Assembly (NCBI GenBank): GCA_046563655.1
Contig: CM102283.1
Location: forward strand, 2,666,001-2,730,000
Length of the DNA stretch: 64,000 nt
Direction of reading: 5' to 3'
Source: Yuukianura sp. NJ FZ-2021
Lineage: Eukaryota
Position 1 is the first letter of the stretch. Each line of letters starts with the position of its first letter. The position numbers were made by a program, and so were the translations under genes. Positions 11,360 to 49,300 of the stretch are shown piece after piece. Below the pieces are notes generated by a model. It did no database searches. It worked only from the letters and a program-made list of their open reading frames with translations, and was not told the DNA's origin.

Positions 11360-13308
11360 CTTAAGTCGGCTTTCAAAACAAAAGGATTCATTTTCATTTA
11401 ATATTAAAAAAAATTTTACTTACAAAATCTTGCAAATTTACAGATTTACAAATTTAGATTACAAAATTTGAAAAACTTTTACTTACCAGTATGTTTATAA
11501 TTTGCTTTCGCAAGTGATTCATGCAGGACCAAATTTGCTGCAAGACTGGCGCCAGTCTGTCCTTGGCCATTTGGCTTGCTTTTGGAAAAAACTGTTGGAA
11601 GTTATCGATCGCCTTCGTAATCCCACAGAACATGTCTGCATATCTTGTGCCGTTTAAGAAATAAAGTCATGCTAGGGAAAGTGGAGGAGAAAGCTCAACG
11701 GGGTTCAAATCCAATTTTAGTTTTCCTTTCATCGGGGTTACTTACACGCTGTGAACAAGTTGCGACTAATTAGGCAATCAAATTTGGTTACAAAATGTTG
11801 ATTTATACAAAAAAATGGATACTGTTCTACGGACTATAAACTTTGATGTGTCTTGAGGCGCGAATGAACTTTAAAAAAGAAAATTTGACATTTCATTTCA
11901 TTCAATTTTTTTTTGTCAGAGTCATTATTTTTATGCCGTAAGTTTTGAAATTGCAAAAGTCTAGTAATTTCATTTCATTTTTTTAATATTTCTGACCCAA
12001 ACGAATTCAATTTCGGTTTAAGTGAAAGTCACTCAAATGGGCTGTAAAATTTAAAATTATTTGGAATGCGCGGTATTAAGCGGCTTAAGTATTTTTTCCA
12101 GTCAATAAAAGTTGCACAGATCGGTTTAAAAAAACTTGTTTTTAGAAAAAAAAAGTATAAAATTTCCTAAACCCAAAGGAGAATGGAAATATTCGAAACC
12201 TCAAAATAAAAACTTTTGTTACGAAACCCCTTTCCTGTTCTAAATGTAGGCGGGAAAATTTTCTCAAAAAATAAAAAGAAAAATAAACTTTTCTGGTTTT
12301 AGCTTTAGGCTATGAAGGATGAAGATCTTGATCTTCTTAGTATAAAAAATTAAAAAAAAAGTTTAAAAAAATATGAAAAAGAGATAGAGAAAAAAATAAC
12401 AATGGGATGGCTTTGAAATTGGGAATAATGAAACCCTACACCTTATAATTATCCCATCATTCAAAATTTTATGTCCGCCATGCAATGTACAATGAAATGA
12501 AACAACTTGGTTGCATCATGAATCCACTTCTGACATTCCATTCAAAGAAAGTGCAACCGACGCCAAATGCTAAAAAAAGTGCTACAGTAAGCAAGCTAGT
12601 TGACCTCGGAAGCAAACTCAAAACAAATTCTAACCATCCCGTTTTGCTTACAATTTCGAAATCACGGTTTAGCAAACAAAAAATTTGCCACCCTTAATTC
12701 AATTTCAAATTCTTCAAATTTTAGTCACTCAGCACTTTGTTTAAAGGCGGCGTTAGCAAAACATGCAGGGAATTTTTTGAAAAAATTGAAGAGATACAGA
12801 TGTCAACGTCCTTGGTCAAATTCTTAAAGAAAATGAAAACAAGCTGTGTTGAATTTGAAGTGTTAAATTCCTTAAAGCAAGGCCTTGAATTGGCAAAACT
12901 TTTTAGCTTTCCTGACACAAACCACGAACTAACTTTCTAAAATCTAAATACATACCATTTTTTCAAAAGTGTGTTTAAGGAGAGACAGGAGGTCAATAAA
13001 AATAACGGCAAAGAATGTTTTGTAGACATGGCAACGACTGAGAATTGAGAATTTACAACTACGTAATCATGAAAAACCCGAACGGGTGGATTCTTTACGA
13101 TTGAAATTTTGCACAACTCAAGCTAACTCACGAATCACTGCGTTAAATTTCAAATTTGAGAAACATTTGCGTTTTTTTCTAAAATTGCCAGACGAAGTGG
13201 ATGAGCCATTTTTTAGCCTCAACTCTCAGGTTGCCCCAACTCTTGGCGACGTAATACGAAATTGTAAATTGTAAACAAGAAATTCGTGAACTCTGACCCA
13301 ATGTTCAA

Positions 13309-13613
13309 GTGCACTTCCTGACTGATTGGTAAGACCCTCAGAAAACTACGACCACACTTTTCGCATTAGCACACGCTAATAAACAGCACATCTGACGATT
13401 ATTTGACGAAAACAGGACCCTTCACCCAGAAAACTTAGGTTTTCTGGGTTTTCCCAGGATTTCAGAAACATCTTCCAGAAAACCTAAGTTTTCTAGGCGA
13501 AGGGTCCTGTTTTCGTCAAATAATCGTCAGATGTGCTGTTTATTAGCGTGTGCTAATGCGAAAAGTGTGGTCGTAGTTTTCTGAGGGTCTTACCAATCAG
13601 TCAGGAAGTGCAC
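13309..13613. mobile_element. Foldback/MITE with ~139-bp near-perfect inverted arms
   Basis: gtgcacttcctgactgattggtaagaccc... / ...gggtcttaccaatcagtcaggaagtgcac, with a short spacer near 13450-13475. Confidence 0.85.
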
Positions 13614-13964
13614 CAGAAGTCTTATGGAAAATTGGGTAATAAGCGAATCTGTCCATCGTAATCTTAAAAAGTTTTTCTGAATACCGTTTTCGAAACATAT
13701 TGATATTTCGACATTTACAACTACTAAAAGTATTGTTGCGAGGTCATCAACTTTTCTGTTTAGACCCGGAAAATTTTGAAAAATGAAAATAAACATTAGC
13801 GGGTTAAAGTTAATGGGATTGTTGACGAAAACGAAAAAATTGTTATGCGTTGAAACGCACGCACGCTCAATAGCAGTAAATTCCTATTTAGTCCAAATAT
13901 TTCTTAACGACTTTTGTTTATTCTAAAAACTTTCCATTTTCAACAACAAACTAAAGGAAATTTT

Positions 13965-14400
13965 GAAAAAATGACCTTTGGCCTTCTAATCACTTTGAAG
14001 ATGAATATTCTAGAGTGTTCTGTACAATTCTGTACTGCGTTGTACAGAAGTTGAATGACGCAGTGTGCTCTACATAATGTTGACTTCCAGGAACTGTACA
14101 GAGGAAAATTTTGAAAGATAATCTTTTGACCTTTCTTACTAAGAAAAATATGTTGACGCTTTTGGTTCTGTACAATCCTGTACTGCGTTGTACAGAAGTT
14201 GGAATTAACGCAAAATGATTATAAGATGATGGTTGGCTTCCAGGAACTGTACAGCAGGAAAATTTTAGAAAATGACCTTGGACTTTGTTTTTCACCAGTA
14301 AAAGTTGTTGACGCTTTTGTTTCTGGACAATTCTGTACTGCGCTGTTCAAATTTGACGGAAAGTTGAGAGTGACGCACGTTGGCGGCTTCTAGAAACTGG
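13965..14400. repeat. Degenerate ~150-bp tandem repeat (about 3 units)
   Basis: The motif gttctgtacaattctgtactgcg, or a close variant, recurs at ~14017, 14166 and 14320. Confidence 0.7.
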
Positions 14401-15825
14401 TCAGACATAATTCGTACTCCGCAGATAACTAAATGCGATTAACTTTAGCCTAACGTAAGCTACGTTACGTAACCTTTGTTAAATCAGGTTCATTCATAAC
14501 TATGTAATCTTCGCAGAAAAAAACTACAATTTTTCCGACACAAACATCACAAAACCAAGGAAAACCAGTTGCGGTTACGAAAATTTGTTTTTGTCTGGCG
14601 ATGAAAAATAAAAACAACAAATTCTAATCCCAGGAAATGTTTTCGCGTCAAATACGAACAGAGATGTCGCAACTCGGGAAGCTTCGTTTTCTGATTGGTT
14701 GAAAACGAATGGTTCGAGGGCGCGGTTGTTTCAATTTCGATAACCCCTTGGGGTTACGAGCGTCAGGACTTGACCTCTTGACCTCTGCTGAAAAGTTTCA
14801 ATTGAAAACAAAATACACAAACAAAGTTCAACAACACCCGGAACAAGTCGTTACTTCCACGCCCTCGTTCATCGTCCTTGGGTCTTTTAAATGCGACTTT
14901 TAAAATTTGCGTACTTTTTAACACTCAAACTCGTTGCAGATCGATCTGGAATTCCGAGCTAATTCAAACAAAACGTTCTCAAAATCACTATTATTCACTA
15001 GTATTCCGAAAAACCTGCGCACTTAGTAGGAGAATAAATTATTGAATTGAATTGAAAATGTCATTCTTTTTCAAATTCCCGCTCATAAATTATTTTTAAA
15101 TTCCCGTGCAACATGCCCATTTCGAAAGTCCCGCTTTTTGGCTTTTTATAGACCAAACTTTGAAATTCCCGCTCAATACGGCTAAGATTTTGAAATTCCC
15201 GCTTAACGTGACTTTCAATTTGAAATTCCCGCGTTTTTATCTGCGGAAGACAAACACACAAATTTTTCCTGTGTTTCAAAAACGGCTCGAAATTTGAACA
15301 GCGATAAAGAAAAAATTCCCTCCGCATTCTGATTCATCTTTGTTTGAGAAGGAAAAGTTTCAAAAATTTCCGTTTTAGGACAACTTTTTATTTTACTGAT
15401 TGCATTTTAAAAAGTTCCTAAAAAAACAAGATTTGGTACCATCAGCGATAGTTACTCCGTCCAACGAAGCGACACACCCCCATAATTCCATCTAATCGCT
15501 GTTTTTTCTGGAGGACTTGTCCATTTATTCAATTGAACCAAGATTAGAACCAAAATGGCAGCCACTGGGGGCCTGGCAGAGATATGGACATCACATGGTA
15601 AACAATTTGACCTTTTAACGATCTTGTTTACTAGAAGACTACACAATTTATAAATCTAAAGGAGTCATAGAGGTGTTATCGGTTGAACTCTTTACAAAAG
15701 TGGTCTGATTTCAGATTCGACTCAGCCTCAGATTGATAGGATGGTTCATCGTCGTCGCCGTCACATCGGATCATCACTTTACGTAAAAATCGTCAGTGAT
15801 ATGAACTTGTCCAGAATCTGGAGGA

Positions 15826-15856
15826 TATAAAAAGGACAACTATGACCATTCTTAGT
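15826..15856 (+). promoter_or_regulatory. Candidate TATA box and initiator upstream of asparaginase
   Basis: TATAAAAA at 15826, with an Inr-like TTAGT whose A lies 28 nt downstream (15854). Confidence 0.35.
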
Positions 15857-16353
15857 AACACTACAGCATCAGCACATAGACTCTCAGCATCCAGTTTACC
15901 TCGACAGCAGTCATTGGTCAGTTAAAGTGGTCATGGTTAATACCTGAACTTACTAGGAACTTTGTAATTAAACTGCAAACCTGTTTTATGAGTTAATTGA
16001 CTAGGGGAAGCTAACTTCACACGGAGGCAACAGCTGACTCTACACATTACAAATAGCAAGTGGACTGCATGCACAGTGAGGAAAAGTTGACGGAAAATTT
16101 CATCAGACAAGTCCAAAGCCACAACCATTCCATCGGCCCGTATAAATATCTCGGCTTATCCGTCACAACTCATTCAGTTTACAAACACAATTCAACAAGT
16201 CAACAAATCATAGTACCATTTGCTCCAGTTCAATTTCAAAATGTCAAAAATGTATCTCTGTTGATACAGTGAGAGTGGACCAGTGATCCAGAAAACAATG
16301 TCAGTACTAAGGTGACCCCTTTTCTTCAAAATTCTTCTCAGAAGATAGTAGTA

Positions 16354-18525
16354 ATGTCCATTGCTACCAAAAATACCATCACGAACTATTTGTCCAAAAT
16401 GGCAAATTCTAATCAGAATAGTAACAACACCAATAATTCCAGTAATCGTGCTCTACTCGCCAAAGAAAACAACAACAATTTACAACTTCAACTTAGTAAA
16501 ATCAAATTAAACAACAACATGCTCATGATTAATAATTCGTTGAATCGGAACAACGGTGAGGCCGAGGCGCTACTGGCTTCAGAAGATCTCTTGACCCTTA
16601 AAGAAAACTTGGCAGCAGTTGCAGTTGAGAAGATGACTTTGACCTCTGCCAAGGTCAAACCGGTCAACAATGGACCTCCGCCCAAGAAAATTCTGGTCAT
16701 GTACACTGGCGGAACCATTGGAATGTTGAGGAGTCAGGACAGCGAAGGTAAGATTTCGAAAAAAAAAATCAAATTTTTTTTAGCAGGTTGTAAGATTTTG
16801 AAACTCTTTCTAAAAATGGTTTACTTTTGTTGAAAACAGGTCTTGTTCCTATTCCCAACATGTTTGAAAAGACTGTACGGAGCTTCCCGAACTTTCATGA
16901 CGAAGCTTATGTCAAGGCAGAAGAGGATTTGCTTGTCCTTCCTAAAACGGACAGTGGCAGTAGTCGTGTCACTTACAAAATTGTGGAGTACAATCCATTG
17001 TTGGACTCTTCAAACATGACTATTGATGACTGGGTCTTCATTGCTCAAGATATAAAGGTAAACTCAAAATTTCAGATTATGAAATTCCAAAATTTTGAAA
17101 CATTTTTGGAATCAGTTTCTAAAATTTTGATTTGTTTTACAGGCTAATTACGAAGCTTACGATGGATTCGTCGTTTTGCATGGAACTGATACTATGGCGT
17201 ACACTGCCAGTGCTCTGTCCTTCATGTTGGAGAATTTGGGCAAAAGTGTGATTGTTACCGGAAGTCAGATTCCGCTGTTCGAGTCAAGGTCGGATGGAAA
17301 AGAAAACTTTCTTGGAGCGCTCATCATGGCAGGTCAATATGTCATCCCAGAGGTCAGCGTTTACTTTGGCCACAAACTCTTCCGAGGAAACCGTACTACC
17401 AAAGTAAGTTTCAAAATCATAAAACCTCACAAATAAAAGTTTTCAAAATCTGAAATTCTAAAGTTACATTTTTTCACTTCCAGGTTAGCTCCGACAGGCT
17501 GAATGCTTTCGACTCTCCAAACATGTCGCCACTGGCTTCTCTTGGAATCAACATTGACGTTGACTGGAACAATTTGCTTCCACCGACCAAAGCTCCTTTT
17601 GCATTGACAACCAATTTGAACAGGAATGTAGCCCTGCTGCGGCTCTATCCTTCCATCACAGCTCAAACTGTCAAGGCTTTTCTTCAAGCTCCAATGGAAG
17701 GAGTCGTTTTGCAAACTTATGGTAAGCAAACGATCAAAAAGTTAAAAAAAAAGTTCAAAAATTCAAGAAAAAAGAAGTTGCTTTTTTAAGATTTGTTTCT
17801 AACATCTGATTTTTTTGGTTTCAACAGGAGCTGGTAACTTTCCTACCAACAGACTCGATTTGCTCAAAGAGTTGGAAGATGCTTCTCGACGTGGAGTCAT
17901 CATCGTCAATTGTACTCAGTGTGGCCATGGAACTGTCGCAGCCATATATGAAACCGGAGTTAAAACTGAATCTGCCGGGGTTATTCCTGGATTTGACATG
18001 ACTTGCGAAGGTGCTATGACCAAGCTATCTTATGTCCTTGGACGAAGTGACTGGACATTGGAACAGAAACGGGCCATGATGAAAGTCAGCTTACGGGGAG
18101 AATTGACTGGTCCGATTAAAGCAGCTCCAGTTGCCAAATCAGTAGCTGTTGTCCTGCCTGCTTCTAAAGATTTCGTCATGGATTTGGAAGATACTGGCGC
18201 TGAATCAGCGATTGCCTCACCTCAAGGTCAAAAGAACTCCAACTTATCAAATTCACAGCAGCAGCGTCAAGGTCATGTCAATGTGAATCAGAATCTAGCA
18301 CTCGTTCCAGCCAGTAATACTCCAGCCATGGTCCATCAGACGGTACTAAACAATGGAGCTGTCGTTCCAGCTACTTTCCAACATCAAGCACATGCTACAC
18401 TGAATATGAATGACTTGGCTTCATTGTTGGGACACTCTCGGGCAAGGAGTCCAATGTGGCAAATTGCTAGCATCATCTTTGCAGGGCAATTGCTACTACT
18501 CTTCTGTATTGCAGTTGTTTTATAA
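16354..18525 (+). CDS. ASPG: L-asparaginase, type I cytosolic / ASPG-like, 602 aa, 5 exons
   Basis: Exons 16354-16747, 16840-17057, 17143-17403, 17484-17721 and 17828-18525 are all in phase. Catalytic motifs [29 protein letters not shown] and LQTYGAGN are present. Confidence 0.93.
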
Positions 18526-19397
18526 AGTTGAAATTGCCCTAAACAGCTCAATTTGTTGCTTAATATTTTTAAACTCGGTCAATTTTTAGTTTTCTACTAT
18601 AAACTAACTATAATTTATTACTGGATTTCAATTTAAAAGTTACCTAAACCTAATTATTACTGAATCTTCAACATACTTTTGTACTTGTACTTGTATAATT
18701 TTCTTAAAATTAATATGTTAAGTCTTTGGACGTTTGAGCATCATTAAAATCAATATGCTTCAGTTTAACTTTCACACTTTTCATTCATTCTGTTTGTCAC
18801 ACCTCTTTTTCTATTTAAATTTCAGTTAAAAGTTAAAATTTTAACATTTTTCACATTGAAACTACTAACGATAAGTAAATTGAACTTTTACCAAAAGTGA
18901 TTCTGAAAATTTCATCTCTGTAAGGGAGTAACGGACGCTAGGAGGCGGAGCAACAAAAGAGCGGGAACCAAAAATGTTTATTTGAATTTTGAGTTTTCGA
19001 AAATCGGTAAGACAAAAACATCCAAACAAATTAGTAGAGGCAGGGTTGCGCAAATTGTGATGGGAAAATTTGTTAGGATTTAAACATGTTGCTACGTTCT
19101 AAGTTTCAATTAATTATAGACGTAATTATTTATTTATAATATATATTTAGTTATTATATTAGGTGGTTAACAATATTTTTAATGTTATATTATTTCGTAA
19201 TTTTAAGTCAATTCTGCCCAGCTATGAATGGGTAACAGAACCTCAAAAAGAGTATTTTTGTGTGGTACAATTATATTTACGTTTTCTTTGTTGTCAATTT
19301 CCATCTTCTTTGAATTTTAATTACGATTTATATTTAATTACATGTTTTAATTGTTCATAGTTTAACTAATTGACTTGTTCTTCGTGTCGCTGTTATA

Positions 19398-46055
<26,658 letters not shown>

Positions 46056-46338
46056 AGTTTAGACTTTTTGGATCCAGTGTTTCCATTTCCTACTGAAAAA
46101 AATTGATAAATAAAGATGATATGACACTGCGGTTGTGAAGCCTTCTTCGCTAAGCGTTTTTTGTTAAATGGTTTGCTAGTAGCAGCGTAAAAGCCCTAAT
46201 GGTTTATGAATGACAGAAACAATTTTTTTTCAAACTTACAGGTTATGGGGATAATATCTTTTTCGAATACTCACGCCCAAGGTTATTCACAAACTTATTT
46301 CAATAATTTTTTTCACACTGAATCCAAATGTTAAATAT

Positions 46339-49300
46339 TTACAGAAGATCTCGGAGTGTCTGGGATGAGAACAGCATGGCTGCCGCTGCTGCAGCCATGG
46401 ATACCAGAATCGCCGTCGGTGGAATCAAGATGCATAAGGTTACTATGAGCCACAGTATCCCACCCAAGCCGAGTCCAACAGCTACTGCCCCCAAATCAAT
46501 TCCTGGTGACACACAACTTGTTGCGTTTGTTAAGTTTTGTGTAGTAGGAGAGCATGGAATCAGTTCTGACGGAGGAGGCTCTGAATTGAATGAAAATCAA
46601 GTATGCAACTAACGTAGAAGAAGCACTTAAGATTAGGTTTGACCACTAAATCGTACCTATGCATATGAATCGTCGAGTGATGCTTTGGCAGTCATTTTGG
46701 AAGTCCACAAGGAGGGTGGTAGTATAGTTGACTGAGGCGCAAGTGTTGTTAACTCCAAACGACGCCCAGTAACTCCCTTAACACAAATCGCCACAAGGAA
46801 TTTCGACTTTCATCGGTGAGATTACGTTCCATTTAAGGCAAAAACGAAAATTTTGATATGGCTTACCGTTATTTTGAAGACGAGGACGAAGGTCATCTAT
46901 TCTGTTCATTATTTCCTGGACTGAGGTCAGCGTCAAATTCTGAGCTTTGCAACAGGCTAGTGCTGAGTTGTATACGAGCCGCCTCGTCGCTAGCCATGTT
47001 TGGTTGCCAATTTTCTCAAAGAACTTGTCATCTATACAGTCCTCCGTCACTTCAAGATTAAGTTAAATCCTTAAAAACTCGCAATTTTAACTTAAGTTTT
47101 CAAAATTTTTAATCCGCTGGGACGCACCTCTCGTTTCATTTTGTCTACACAAAAATCTAATAGGAATGGTACATTCGGAGGACTGCTTGTACAGGGTTCC
47201 ATTATTTCCCGCACCAATATTCAAACAGGATTCATTTCGTCTGGTTACCGTTGCATTCAACGGAAACGTCACAGAAGATATGCTATTTAGCCAATGGAAT
47301 TGCCCTTCTGGGGTAACTTTTGCTCCGAGCCAGAAGAACCAATACTTCACTAAAAGTTCAAAATGTTCCATGTTACTTGATTAATTTTCCCAGCTTAACT
47401 TAAGGATTACACCCACATGAGTTTTCTGCTTCGAACCATTGCCGGATTTGGTCAATTTCATTGGCGTCGTCTAGTACAGGAACGTCCATTCCAAAGGACT
47501 TACAACTTCTCATGGCATTTGACCAGTCCCTCTGTGTTTATTCATATTCAATTTATTTGACTTATGAATGAAATGAAAAGGTGTAGGTTAGAGCATGTGA
47601 TATTCAAGGGCTGGAGTTCGAGCTCGTAGCAGTATCATATTCATAACGCAAATACCTGATCCGTAGAGTAAAAAAGCTGTGAACTTCCAAGTTGCCGCAA
47701 CTCGTGTAACATTTCAGGCCCTTTCAGCAAAAAAATAAAATAAAATAAAATAAAAAGTAGCATTTTGGAAACTGCAATGAAATAAAATTCATTAGCCCTA
47801 AGGAACATAGAGTAACCAAGACGATTCGATTCTTTTTTCTTTTAACTAGAGTGGACATGAGGCATTTTTTCAACAAAATTTTTGAAGCAAATTAAAAGAG
47901 GTTAAAAGAGGTAAAAAACCGATTTCACCTGAACTATAAGCCCGGTTCACACAAACGACGAAAATTAGATTTTCAGTGTGCCAAGAAGAGGTGGCAGCGG
48001 CAGCAACCCAACAATTGCTTCTGCTGCTGAAATTGCTTTTCAAAAAGTTAAATTGAAAATTACTATTTACTAATTCTAATTAAATTACTGATACTTAAGT
48101 TAATTACATCTAAACCACCTATCTACATCTAAGCACTTACTAAGTATCTATCAATGGTAGAAATCACCAGGTCATTTTCCCGTGATTTAGGAACTATGGA
48201 CCTGACACGGGTGTCACTCATTTGTTTGGAGTTTGAGGCGACACAAACAGTCAAATAGTTTCTGAATTTCAAAGTGTGGACCTTGAATTGGTGAACCCTG
48301 GAGTCAAATTAACTTCTTTCTAATTAGTTTCACTGCAATTGAGGTTTCAAGCTGCTGTAGCTCAGAAGTTATGGATATCCTTCTAAAGTATCTAGAGTAC
48401 TGCCACAACCGTTCTCTACAAATCTCACTTGCAGTAAAGTTAATTACCAAGAAGTTTATTTGGCTCCACGATTCACCAACCAAGGATCCACCCTTTGCAA
48501 TTCAAAAATTATTTGACTGTCTTTTCAACTTTTTTTTATTAACAATTTTAGAAAGTTTGAAAGAACGTTTGAATTTCGTCGTGAGAACCGGGCTTAAAGT
48601 TCAGGTGAAATCGGTTTTTTTACCTCTTTTAATTTGCTTCAAAAATTTTGTTGAAAAAATGCCTCATGTCCACTCTAGTTAAAAGAAAAAACGAAAATCA
48701 TCGTCTTGACAACTCTATGCTAAGGAAGGAAATGGAAATCAAATGACTTGCTTTGATGTCATTTATATAGAAATTCTAGCCCTAACAGGGCTAAAAATTA
48801 ACGTTATCACTGTAAAAAGGTTACGGCAGTCCTAACCTGTTGTACTCATGCAGTCGGGTGGTAATGTAGGCGGTCGGCATTCGCACAGCCCACTCCGCTG
48901 ATGAGGCAATGAGTAATCGCCGCAAAAATTATCACGCCACATCGCATTTGGACCACTAAGCGGCTCAGACCAAGCCGGAGCGTCTACGGTGTCCAGCGTT
49001 ATGAACACACAGGAATCTTTACCTGCCTCCTAAACCCAAAAGAAAAAAAGAAACAACAACATACATTCATGATAAATTTCGTCTCACTGGTTATAACTAT
49101 ACAAGTACACAAGTACTCCTAATTTCCGAATTGCAATTAGGAGTAGTCTCGTTTCTTGTCGAAATGAAAAAAAAATGTCAAAAATTGACTAGTGGTCGAC
49201 TTTCTTGTCGAAATGAAATAACATGTCAAACAATGAAACCATGGAGGGTTCAAACTATGCACGGTTTTGGAAGACGGTTCCTTGTCATATGTAACACCCA

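Noticed and set aside
12310-12940. Coding-looking fragments (for example 12485-12697 and 12737-12940)
   Set aside because: They have multiple stops and frameshifts and no recognisable domain. They may be a decayed relic but cannot be assigned.
12976-13806. TTAA-flanked ends resembling Kolobok (ttaaggagagacagg) or piggyBac (gcgggttaa) termini
   Set aside because: No matching opposite terminus was found in the window.
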